From assembly GCA_036172245.1 (NCBI GenBank), contig JAYWIR010000001.1:496001-560000 (forward strand): a stretch of DNA of 64,000 nt. Reading direction: 5' to 3'. The position numbers were made by a program, and so were the translations under genes. The stretch is from Raillietiella orientalis. Taxonomy: Eukaryota. Under the pieces are notes generated by a model. The model had not been told where the DNA came from, did no database searches, and was given only the letters and a program-made list of their open reading frames with translations. This document shows, one piece after another, positions 35,601 through 47,600 of the stretch; position 1 is the first letter of the stretch; each line of letters starts with the position of its first letter.

Positions 35601-38600
35601 ACCGCTCTGGGATGAGATCACCTTTTCGATGAAGCGCATAGGACAGGTCAGGGGATTTCCCTCGATGAAATCTGTTCTCTCCCTCTTCCTCTTCTTCCCT
35701 TTCATCTTCCTCTTCGTCCTTTCTTCCTCCATTTTTCTCCTCTTCCTACCTTTCTCTTCCTTTCTTCCTCTGTTTCCTCCCTCTTTCTCCTTCTCTTCCT
35801 TCTTTCCTCCTTTTCCATCCTTCCTTTTCTTCATCCTTCCACTTCTTTCCCTCCTCCTTCTCTTACATTCCTTCCTCCTCTTTGTCCTGTCCTCTTCCTT
35901 TCTCCTTTCTCCTCTTTCCTTACTCCTCCTTCTTCTTTCCCTCTACCTTTCTCTTCCTTTCTTCCTCTGTCCCTTTCCTCGTTTTCCTTCTCTTCATCCT
36001 TACTTTTCTTCCCTTCCTCCTCCTCCTCCTCTCCGTTCTTTACTTCTTCTCCTTCCTTCTTCCACTCTTCCACCTTCTCCTTCCTTTCATTACCTTCTTT
36101 GCTCCTCTTCGTCCTTTCCTCTTCCTTCCTTCCTTGCTGCCTCCTCTTCTTTCTTTCTTCCTCCTCTTCGTCCCCTGGTCTTCTCAAAGCGGAGAGTGGT
36201 CGGAAAGAGCTCGCAATTTCTTTCCAGCCGCTCCTCACTTTGAGAAGGTGGCGCTCCTGGCGTTCGGTCTCAAATCCCAGGTACGAGATCTTCCTCATAT
36301 GGCCCTTGCAACTCTAAACCTTACGTCCTGCCACCGAAAGGGGATTTTTGGAAATCGCCTGGAGGGATAGGAAAGCCATCTCAAATGCATGGGGAAATTT
36401 CCTCCATCGGAAGAGAAAGGGACTCCGCGAAAGTCCAGAACGGAAATCTCACCTTTAGGAATTTTCTTCTTGGAACGAGAGGGGCTCTGAGGTCCGTGTG
36501 CTTCTTTTCATTGACGCCAAAGCCAACCCTTCGAGAGGAGGGCAGACGAGTGTAGAACCGCCGTAGGCGCGCAGCGGAAGGATCGGCCGTGGCTCAAGCT
36601 CCGCCGCGCCACCGCGGCCACTTGCATTCCAGTGACTTCCATGAACTCAGTCGGGCCCTGCTCTTGCTGGGGCGCATCTTCCCTGGAGGCTTTCCTCTTC
36701 TTCTCCTTTTCCTCCGTCACCTTCCTCTTCTTCCCTTCCTCTTCCCCGGGTCCAAGGAAACCAGGGATGAGGAAGGGAAGAGATACATGCATTCGGCGTG
36801 TTCATCTTACAGGGCTTGAGGGAGGTCGCCTTGGATGTGTAGCATTGATATGCCGCTTTCGCTTCTCGGGAGACTTCACTTTCGATGTGTGGGCGGATGC
36901 GCGTCGTCGCCTGAGGATGCAGTTTCCCGACGGATGATCTCTGTGCATACTCTCTCTTTTGGTCTTTGCGTCTAAATTAAATGCGAGGTGCTGCCGTTCA
37001 TCCAGGACTGGATCTCATGATCTTGGAAAGGGAGGCGAGTGCACCTGAAACCTGAGGGAGCCAATGCCACAAAAAAATCCCTGGGACTGGCAATAGAACG
37101 TTTCGTTCACTCGTCCGGTCTTGCAGCCGTTCGCGCGCCAGCACCATCTGCGGGGGTCCCGCGAAACTGAAATTCGTTCGTTCCTCGATTTCTCCATTCC
37201 TCATCAGATCTATCCTTCCTCTTCTTTTATTCTTCCTCTACCTTTCCTTCCTCCTCTTCGTCCTCTCCTCCTCCTTCCTTCCACTCTTCCTTCCTTGCTG
37301 CCTCCCCTGGACCATTGCACGCGTGACCCTTGGAGTACACCTCGACCCTTTCTAAGGAGGACAAAACAAACAAACAAACAAACCAATTTCGTTGGTGTGT
37401 GCGAAACAGCGCTCGTCGAGTATGCAATGCAATGATGCGCATCCTCATTCTTGCTTGCAGGTTCAGGATACTCTGCCACCGCATTTCCAATCACAGCTAC
37501 TTCGGAAACATCCTCTTGGCCAGCATCCTCATTTCTTCGGCTATGCTAGCAGCGGAAGACCCTTTGCGGACATCGTCACCCAGGAACGAGGTAACTCCAA
37601 TCGCCAAGCCGTACGAATCCCCAGCACTGCTTGGGGAGCCGGGCGATGTTCACGGAACCGAAAAAACAAAAAAAAAAACATCCTTAGGGAGCGTAGCAAG
37701 CATCACTCCCGATGTGAGCACAGCTCTCATCGGAACACCAAACGCTTTTTAGGCATCTAAACAGGAAGGCACTGCTTCGGTCCCAATGGCGGCACGTCGG
37801 ACGTCCGATGCCCCCAACGGAGCTTCCCCATTTCCGTAACGAAAGTGCCGTGCGATCATCAAAAGAGGGCCGCGTGCACCACACGTGTTCGTGCCGCACC
37901 ACACCGAGTGCGTGCTGCTACACGGCGATTCGCTCCATCTCCCGTTCTGGGAGATCTTCAGCATGGGCGGCGGAGACCATGGCGACACGACGTTGCACCT
38001 GCAGCAAGGGCCAATGATTCCGGTTCTGGTGGATTGCAGGCAAGCACCAAGACGAGTTACAAGAAAACGAAGATAACGCAATGCTTGCGGGCGGTGCACC
38101 GTGCGGAAGGTGCAACGTCGCGTTGGCATGGTGTTCGCCTCCACGCTTCCTTCCACTCCACGCCCGTGTGTGGCGTGCGGTCGCCCTCCGGACGACCACG
38201 AACCCTTAGTCAGGCAGGGCCCGCACGCTTGCAGAGAAAAGACCGGAAGGGGGCGCCTGGAATGCCTGCGGCAAACTCCGCTCGGTCTCCTCAACGCCCT
38301 CGCCGCTGTCCAGCGACGACCAGACCCGAGAGGGTCGAAGCGCGGAAGTTGCGGGAGGAATCGTCCGCGTGGAGGCGCCTGCGAGCGTCCTGGTGCGGGC
38401 GCGCCATCTCGGAAGGCGCCGCCGCCGCAGCGGGGTGTCGCTTGCCGCGCGCGCCACACGACGGAGACAGGGTCGGAGGCTGCCCTGTCGAGCACGCCGA
38501 CCGGGAAGAGTGCGGAAGTGATGACCAGGTGGACCAATGTAGATTCCCCCGTTCTATTTTACCTTGTGCAGCCGAGCGAACAAAAGGCAAGCGGGATGAC

Positions 38601-41600
38601 ACGCATCCCTGGCGATGAATCCTTCGCGGACTAAATCGGAAGTGGAGACACGATTAGTTGCGAGGCTCGTTGTAACCACGCAAGGATGTTGCGGGACTCT
38701 TCCTTCAAATTCGCAGCTCAGGACTGCGAGCGAGCGGCAAGAAGGAAAGTGACAGAACAGCCACCTCGAGTTGCGCGCGCACAGATGGATCAGCGGCTGA
38801 GGGCGAGAAGACCTGCGACCACAGGGTGGCACCGGGTCGCGCGCTTGAAAGAACCACAGCGTTCGAGCGATCGGTCCGTTGATGGTCATTGGCGTCCGGG
38901 AGAGCGCGGGTGCCAGCGAGGGCCATACCTGAACGAGGACCACTTTCCGTTTCCATGGCTGCTCTCCGTCTGCTTCTTCCAGGCGCCGAGATCTCCGTGC
39001 AACGAGCCCTCGTGCAGCACACCCTCGGCTGACCAACTTGGAATTCGAAAAGAAGCCGCCTGTCGAAGAGTTGACCTCGCCAGTTCGGTGTGTCGGGTCA
39101 CTCATTGTCTTGGCGCGTCAGATACGACGAAAGCGGAAAGCGGTGGTGGGAAGCAGCGAATCAATGCTGCTTTCCTTGAGACTCGGTGGCTGCTGCAACC
39201 GTCGGCAGAGTTGGTCGCAGGAGGTCAAGACGCACTCTTTGCAGAGGCAGCGCGCGATGACCCGGAAGGCTGCGCGGGTCTTGGACAGGTCTCGGAGACT
39301 TGCTCAACCGTCAGCTCCTGCCTCCTCGGTGAACTTGGAATCGGCCTCCGCCGAGGAGCACGGCGCACAGGGGAAAAAAAAAAAAGTAAAAGTGGCTTCC
39401 AAATAGGGGTGAGGGGGTGAAGTGGGGGATACCGATGCGCGCGAAGCTATGGCTCGGATCCTCAGAAAGTGACCCTGGGGAGGTTCTCTGCCTCGATCGA
39501 CTGGGTTGGCCCCAGCGAAAACCGAAGCCAGCCACAGCGCGTTGGCAGGGGTGCCGAGGAGCCGACGGCCGCGTTGGCGGCTGCGGCCTCCGCGCGCGCA
39601 GCACCGGCCGTCGCGGGTACGAAATACCGCCTGCCCAGGGAAGCATCGACAGATGGAGCGTGCGTCGTCGTGGGTTTCGAGTCTCCCCCACAGGATGACG
39701 CTGCAGCCGGCGTCATGGGATTAAAAGTTGACCCTCCGGAGTCCTCCCTGGAACCAAGGAGCCCTTCGGGACTCCCATCTGGTTGTGAGCATGGAGCTGA
39801 TGGACGCTATCCTGGGGGGTCGCCTCTCCAGAGTGTCGGAACCGCGCTGCTTCCTTCCGGGTTCTCTTCAGAGGCGAAAACCACAGCATGGGATGCTGCT
39901 GAGGTGGACCAGTCGCGCGCGCGCGCATGTTTTTTCCCCTGCGTGAGAGTGCCGGATAGTCGCGATCCATCGAGGAAGCGCCGTTGCACGGTAACCGCGC
40001 GCCGCAGTACCGCTGGAGAGAGGGAAGAGGGATCGACGCCAGTTCTCCCAGGGAGAGGGGAAACGCCGCAGGGGATGTGAGCTGACGAAAATACGGGCCC
40101 TGAATAAAGAAGGGAACTATGATTGCAGGATTCCTCCCACCTTCTCCCCCTCCCCTTTACGGAAGGAGGAATCCTTTGAATCGAGAAACGGGAACTCAAA
40201 GCGGCCTTTGTTTGGAAGCCAGCAGGAAGCGCGGCCCGAAAGACGACGCCTTTCGCTCGTCGTATCCTTGGCGTTGCCATGAGATGCCGCCAGCCTAGGG
40301 GGCCTCCATGGTAGTCCCGGACGAAGGAGGGGGAAATCCTCACCGGCGAGCTTCTCCGGCCACCGGAAATCCGCGAAGGAGGCAGGGACACGGGCCGGGT
40401 TGCCTAGCAACTCGGGAAGCGGGTCCGACGCGACCGGACGGGAAGGCGCGAAGGGACGGTTGGAGCTGGGAAACTGACCTGAGCACAGCAAGCTCGTCAC
40501 CAGCGCCACGTGAAGCTGACCCCGTACGCGAGCCTGCGGGGCGTAGTTCTCGTGGACTGCACGTTCGGGAAGGGAGGGGGAGCGAACGCCGACCCTCGGA
40601 AACGGGAAAGAGAGCGGCAGAGCGCGTCGCTGAGCCCCGCACGGAGCTCAGCCCATCTCCGCCGCCGTGCCGGTCACTCGGTCACTCGGTACCAACAAAC
40701 TGCCCCCTTCCGCCGCAGAAACAGGACTCCAAACAAGCCGATCCCTCATGCCCGGAGGGAGAGACAAGGAGCAGTCGTGTCGCATCGCGCGGGTGCCGCT
40801 TGCCCGGAGCTCGCCGATGCGCGAAAGGTCGAGGAAGAAAAGGACGCACGCTCTTCCTAAATGGACACGCGGGCTTGTTGTACGCATCGAGTTCTCATTG
40901 CACGTGTGTATATGGACACATGCTCTCCTTGCATGTATTCTGTGCTCATTGTGCATATACATACATACATACATGTATATATATATATATATATATGCTC
41001 CTTGTGTACATCATATGCTCATTGTATATGTATACAAAAATACATATGTTAATATCATATGTATAAATACGTGTACTGATTGTATATATAAATACATATG
41101 ATGATGACTATTAATTAACCCTTTGGACGCATCTATGCGTTTGGCAAATGTTTTTGCCTCGTGCACGCGCCAAAAGTGAACACTCTCCATGTTTGAGATG
41201 GACGCATGCACTTCTTATCATTTCTTATCGTTCCCTTGGCGACGACAGTAAACGAAATGCCACGTATATCTTCTGACCATTCGCCGGTTTTTCTCGGTGT
41301 CGTACAGAATTCATCACAGTGTGTTTTTCATCTCTGCGATGTCTTAAAAATGGGAATGAGTTTTTGATTGGATTGGAATTAGAATTTCTAAATGAACAAC
41401 ATGTGTTTGGGAGAAGCGAAAAATTTTTTCATCTAATGCGGTGCAAATGAACAACTCCAATGGCAGCTTCGTAAAGTCAGCACTTTGTAAAAAGTCAATC
41501 GGTGGCACCGCTGATGGCGCACGCGGAACGCGAAAGGGCAGTGCGTCCACAGAGGTCGCCACTGCGACTCGCGTGCCGTCAACGCAGGACGAAATTACTA

Positions 41601-44600
41601 TGCTTATCATACATATATTACTCTGCTTCTTATATGTATATATATGTATAGATAGATATAGATGAATATATATTGTAAAGATTATAAAAAATAAACACAT
41701 ATGCTTATTGCATATATAAATACATATACTCATTGTATGTATAAATACATGTGCTCCTTGTATGTAGCAATATATATGCTTACTATATATATTTATACAT
41801 ACAGTATTAGTAGTAAACATATAGTATACAGTAGTAAACATATAGTATTTAGTAATATATATGTTACTATTCTTATTATATAGATAGATTAATCTGCAAA
41901 TCTAGTTTAGCATATATATTTATTAGTATTTTAGCACATATATTAATATCGTACACATTAGTTTGTGTATATATCATGTATTAATATATTGTTAATATCT
42001 ATTAAAGATTAGAAAAGTAAATATGTGTTTATTGCTATATAGACATATATGTATTGGTGCATATAATAAATATACATCAAATGAATTTATAAACGTCGAA
42101 TTATAAAAACTGAAAAATGAGGGTAGCAATTAAAAACAGTGGCAAAACGTGAAGCAACAAGCAGACGTGTTTTACTTTTCGTGAAGTTTCGAGATGCCGA
42201 CATTCGGCATTATTTTCGGCTGTGCGTTATTTCCGTTGGCATCCCTGTTTTCTAGCAGCGCCAGCTGATTCCGTTCGAAAACGCGACATGGAGGACGAAA
42301 AATGCTCGCTCCCTCCGCCACGCGCGGAACAGTTCTTTCGAGTTGCATGCACTTTTTTTTCTCTCTTTTTTTTTTTTTTGCTGTCTGGACCTTTCTTTCC
42401 AGTGCATCGTGTCCTCGTTGATATCCTGAACACTTATCTCATTCATAAATCAAAGCGCATTGTCAGTTGTCTCCCAGGGACCGCATTACAAATATTCGAT
42501 TTCACGCCTGCCGTAATACAAATGCATTTGATTAAACAGTGGTTAATGAATCGAGGATATTGGCGATTGCGGCATGCGTCCACGATCCTCCTTTGTGGGA
42601 TGAAATTGAACGTCCTAAAGTAAACAGCGCGAAGGTGCACAAAGCCTCGATTTCATCTTCTCGACATGCAATTTCGCTTTGCGATGTAAACGTAGAAAAG
42701 TACAAATTCGATTCCCAATTATCTTAGGCAATATTTATGTTATGCGGGGTCCAGGATCGTTCCCCAATCATCCCCAATGCCCACAGTAGTCTCGGATTCC
42801 ATTTGCAGTTGTTGTTGTTGCTGCTGCTGTTGTCGCCCCCCTTCTCTCCCCCCCCCCCTCTCACACACCTATGCCATTTCCAATGCTCGTGTATAAAGGA
42901 ACGAGCGAAACACCAGCCGTGTTGTGTGTGTTTCAGATCCTCCAATACTTCGACTTCTTTTTTACTGCCTTATTCTTCACCGAGATCATGTTCAAGGTGA
43001 TCGCTTATGGGTTGATTTTCCACAAGGGAGCCTTCTGTCGATCAGCATTCAACCTCCTGGACACCCTTGTTGTTTTGATCTCCTTGGTTTCCTTCGGATT
43101 CAGGTATTTTCGTCTCTTGCCTCTATGTCAACTTCAGCAAGAAATCTGAACGTGTGCGTGCGTGCGTGCATGTGCACGTGTTGCTGAGTTGCTGTTACCT
43201 GTTGCCGTGTTTTTCAGTAATGGCACGATCTCGGTCGTTAAAATACTTCGTGTGCTGCGTGTTCTTCGGCCACTGCGTGCCATCAACCGTGCAAAAGGAT
43301 TGAAGGTAAAAAAAAAAAAAAAAAAAAACAAAGCAAAACAAAACTGCGGACGCTGCTGCAAAGGGGACTTGGGAAGGCGGAAGGACTTCGTGGCGGTTGC
43401 CCCTAGCAACGTAGCTTGCGTGGAAGGCGCTGCAGTTGAAACGCAGGTCCTGCTTAAGGAGTGCTTTTATTTGTTCTTTTTTTCTTCGGCCACTCCACCA
43501 AACCCACGGAAGACGCATCGATTTCCTTGCGGGCGGATCTTCAAGCACCGAAAACACTGAAAGAATTGCCGTCGCTTTTGCATGAGTCAACATCGCCCGG
43601 GGCGTCTTGTGGGTCGTTCCTCTTCGTTCGTCGCGAGACCTAGAGTCCACTTGGCTCCAGAGGCCGGAATCGCCTTGCGTCCCTCTCGCTCCCTCGTGTT
43701 CTGTCCGCGCTGGCGCGCGGCACCGGTCGTCGCGGGTACGAAATGCCGCCTGCCCAGGAAAGCATCGACAGATGGAGGGTTGGGCTTCGAGTCCCCCCCA
43801 CAGGATGACGCTGCAGCCGGCGTCATGGGATTAAAAGTTGACCCTCCGGAGTCCTCCCAGGAACCAAGGAGCCCTTCGGGACTCCCATCTGGTTGTGAGC
43901 ATGGAGCTGATGGACGCTATCCTGGAGGGTCGCCTCTCCAGAGTCGCGCTGCTGCCTTCCGGGTTCTCTTCAGAGGCGAAAACCAGGAGCGGTCCCCTTC
44001 AGGCTTTCCTCTGGAGACAACCAGGAAGAGCGTTTCCGCGTTCCCTCCCAAGCGTGAGAGAGACGGACTTCTTCCCCCAGAGTCCTTCCTGGATTCATAG
44101 GGCGGTTATCCCGCAACTTGAAGAGTTAGTACGCGCACCCTCTGTTGGCGTGGACGAGTGTCAACGAGCTTCGTGAGCTGCACGTCAGGAGGCAAGCGGT
44201 TCTTCAGCCCTTGGAGAACTCAAACAATGAAAACCCATTCTGCACGCAAGAACCGTGGATGGATGTAGCCCTTGGGGATTTAGAGGACCGACTCCTCTAA
44301 ACTTGTCACGCCCGTGACTTTGGTTGCAGGCGCCATCAGCGCGGATGGAGGCGTTCACCGGACGCCCTCGGGAAAGCCGCTCGAGGAGCTGCGTGAAGGG
44401 GCGGAGCAGGGAGGGAAAGACATTTCATCCTCGTTCGAAAAGGATCCCGGAATCGATAAGGAGCGGACCCTTTGTAATCGTAGGAGGGAAGGAGGAAAAA
44501 CGAACCCCCCCTCTCACTTCCCCTCCACCCCGCCACAGAGAGTCGTCCCGAGGTATTCCTTGAATATTCCGGCCCGAGCGCGGAAGCGCTCGTTAGAGCC

Positions 44601-47600
44601 TTCGGATTTATTACGGTTCGTCCCTCCAATGACAGATTTGATGATTCGAGATGAAATGTGCGGAAGAATATGACATTCCGCAAATGCAGATGAGGACCGC
44701 GGAGGTCGGATGGGGGTGCTTGGGGCTTGCGGGAAGAGCGCTTCCGCGGGCGCGAGGGCGGACACGCCGCAGACGGGAACTTTTCGCCGCTGGGTCCCTC
44801 GGTTTCAACCGTCGCCGGTGCTCCTCTAGGGAAAAAATGGGAAGCCGTGGAACTTCTTCTTCTATTGGAATCTCGCGGAGTTCCAGCTAGGAGGGGTGCT
44901 AGGAGTCGATTCGATATGGGTGCCGGTGGTACACCCCAGATAACGGTCACCACCAGCAGCAGCAAGTTAGCAGCGTTGCTTTCCAAAAGAAAGGAAAGGA
45001 GAGGGAAAGGACCGCATAAGCGTCACCGAGGATCGATCGATCGATGAAATTACGCGGAGGAGATCAGGAAGTGAAAGAGTTGCCCGGAAGAAAGAGTTCG
45101 CCTCATAGAGAAGCATCCGTTTTCCTCATGGTCCAAGTTCATTGACGTGCGCCGGAGAGTTTCCGTGAACACCTGATCCGTCTTTGGCGTAATCTATCTG
45201 GGATTTGGAGCAATTCCTGCGCTAAAGTTCATCGTGCTCCAGGACTCTTCTGGTCTTCCTCCTTTGCGATTGATGATCCCTCAAGTCCCGACTGTACTGC
45301 TGCACCTTGAGTCATCTTCGAGAATTCGCGAGACGGATTCCTCGTCAGGGATCAAAAGAGATCGCAGCTGCAGCTTCTGGTCGATAACCAGAAGCCTTCC
45401 TCGACCCTGCAAAACTGATAAGAATAGATTCTACAGTTCCTCCTTCTCCTCTTTCTTTCCTCTTTCCTCCTCCTTTTCCCTTCCTCATCTCTTCCTCCTC
45501 CCTTTCTCCTCTTTTCCTCCTTCCTTATTCCTCCCTCTCCCTTGTCTTTCTCCTGTCAAAGGGACGGACTCTCAACTGTCTCCTGGGTTAGCAAATTTGG
45601 CAGGTCAAGTTGATCTTCCGAATTCGCTAACCTAGGAGGCAGTTGCAAGCTGGTCATCCCTTCTCACCTCGGTTTGCTCACTCGAATGCTTCTTGGTCTC
45701 CCTGTTTTCCCTCGTTTGGTTTCTTTTTTCCCTACTGCGGGCAGCACCAAGCGTGCGGCGCCCGCCGTCCGTCGCTTGGCAACGCATCACTCTTCCACGT
45801 CTCCGCCCCAAAAGGAGAGAGCGCAAACTCTCCGCCCCGTCTGGATCCACCCACACTGCTTCGTCGATCCGCGTGGTTTCGCAGGGAAGTCGGTTCGGGA
45901 GGTGGGAAGAGGGTCGCTCGGAGGAACCCGTGCAAATTCGTAGGGCCACTCTCGGTAACGCGAACGGAGAGCATTCGCGCCCACACACAGGGCGGGCTCC
46001 CCTGTGGGCTGGGCCGTCAGTTCGCCCGTACGACTACCCTGTCGGGTAGTTCCCGGAATGTTCTCCTTCCGATAGGGTCATTGCTCGGTCTGCAGAAGCG
46101 GCTCTTTCCCTCTGCCCCGAGGTCTTTCGGGTCGCGCGGGTCCAGTCTGTCTGCCGGCTGACGCGCCTCCGACCGCGGCCGCACGGCGGTGCTTCCAAGC
46201 CTGCAGTTGCGACTTCGCCTTCGGGGGCTCAGTCCGTCAGCACCACCTACTTCACCCCTACATCCCTGCGGACCTATCGATCGAGCTGAGCGGAGCGCGT
46301 GCGCGAACGCTAACGAGGGGAGAGCTGTAACTGGCAGCGCACATGCACATCTGCGTGAGTGGGCAGGTGCGCACGCGCGTGTGCTTGCTGCCAGGCATGG
46401 GGCGAGCGTCCCTGCTACTGGGGATGCTCCCGCTACGAGGATGTCGCGCCGCCGCATTCTCCCTCTTCATGGAGCGGTGCGCGCTCCACGCTGGACTCCA
46501 TGCGTCCCGCACGCTGGCGGTCCATCTGCGGAAGAAAAAGAAAAAAAAAGGGAAGGGGGGAGGGGGGGAAAGGCTTTGGTCCGTCCTGCGAGTGCTCCCC
46601 CCGAGGTGGATCGCAGCTAATTCTGGGTTCGACTTCGCTTCCGGGAAACTGCTGACACAATCATCCCTGGATTTTTTTTCTTCTTTTCTCTCCCCTGGGC
46701 GTCGCGTCCGAGATGGGAGAGACGCGGATGCTCCCATCGTCGCTCGCTGAGAGGATCTTCGACGCCCCGGAAAAAGAAGAGCGTTTCCTTAACAACAGAA
46801 TTTCATTTCAGCATGTTGTCCAGTGCGTGATTGTAGCGCTGAAGACCATAGGGAACATCATGCTGGTCACTTGTTTGTTGGAGTTCATGTTTGCCAATAT
46901 CGGGGTCCAGTTGTTCAAGGTGAGTTTGGTCTGCATGGAAACCAATTGGGAAGGGGAAAACGGGCGGGGGGAAGAAATCAAAGATCAGATCCACGCAGGA
47001 TGATCTTCGCTCTCGGACCAACGGCTCCTTGCAGATGCGTCCCTGGCGATTTCTTGATTGCCTACCGTTTCAGGAGGGAGGGAGTTTCGACCAACGTCTG
47101 CGGTCGTAATGGGCCGTGCCTATTCCAGGGGAAAAGGGGGAATTCGACTTCCGTGCGTTTCTCGAATCTCGGTGGTCACCTCAGTGCGTTCCAGGCGCGG
47201 AACGCACTGAGGTGGCTCTGGAAGAAAAATTGCCCTGGAACCGACGCCGCCCTTGGGCGAACCATCCGTCAGTTTGCCCATACGACGACACTGTCGGGAA
47301 GCTCCCGGGATGCCCTCCCTCCGATAGTGGTCATTTCTCGATCTGCAGTCAGGAAGGAAGTTGCTTGCAGACACTTCGCGTCTTCACGTAGGCGCGACCA
47401 GTTTCTTCGGACCGCTTCCCAGAGCTTCGCAGCTGCTGGTCGCCAAGAAGCAACTCATCCAGCCTTCTCTTTGGCTGCGAACGAGAAAGCGAGGAGGAGG
47501 AATGGAGGAAGTGGAAAAGAGAAGAAAGAGAGGAAGGAAGGATCTCTTTGCCTTTACAGTCTTTTGTCTCCTTCGACTCGTTGTCTGCGATGGGATTCCT

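Noticed and set aside
38100..38160. CGRCNVAL...FH resemblance to a piggyBac Cys-rich domain in the 407-bp repeat
   Set aside because: The same bases form one arm of an internal inverted repeat and the surrounding frame lacks transposase motifs; probably chance
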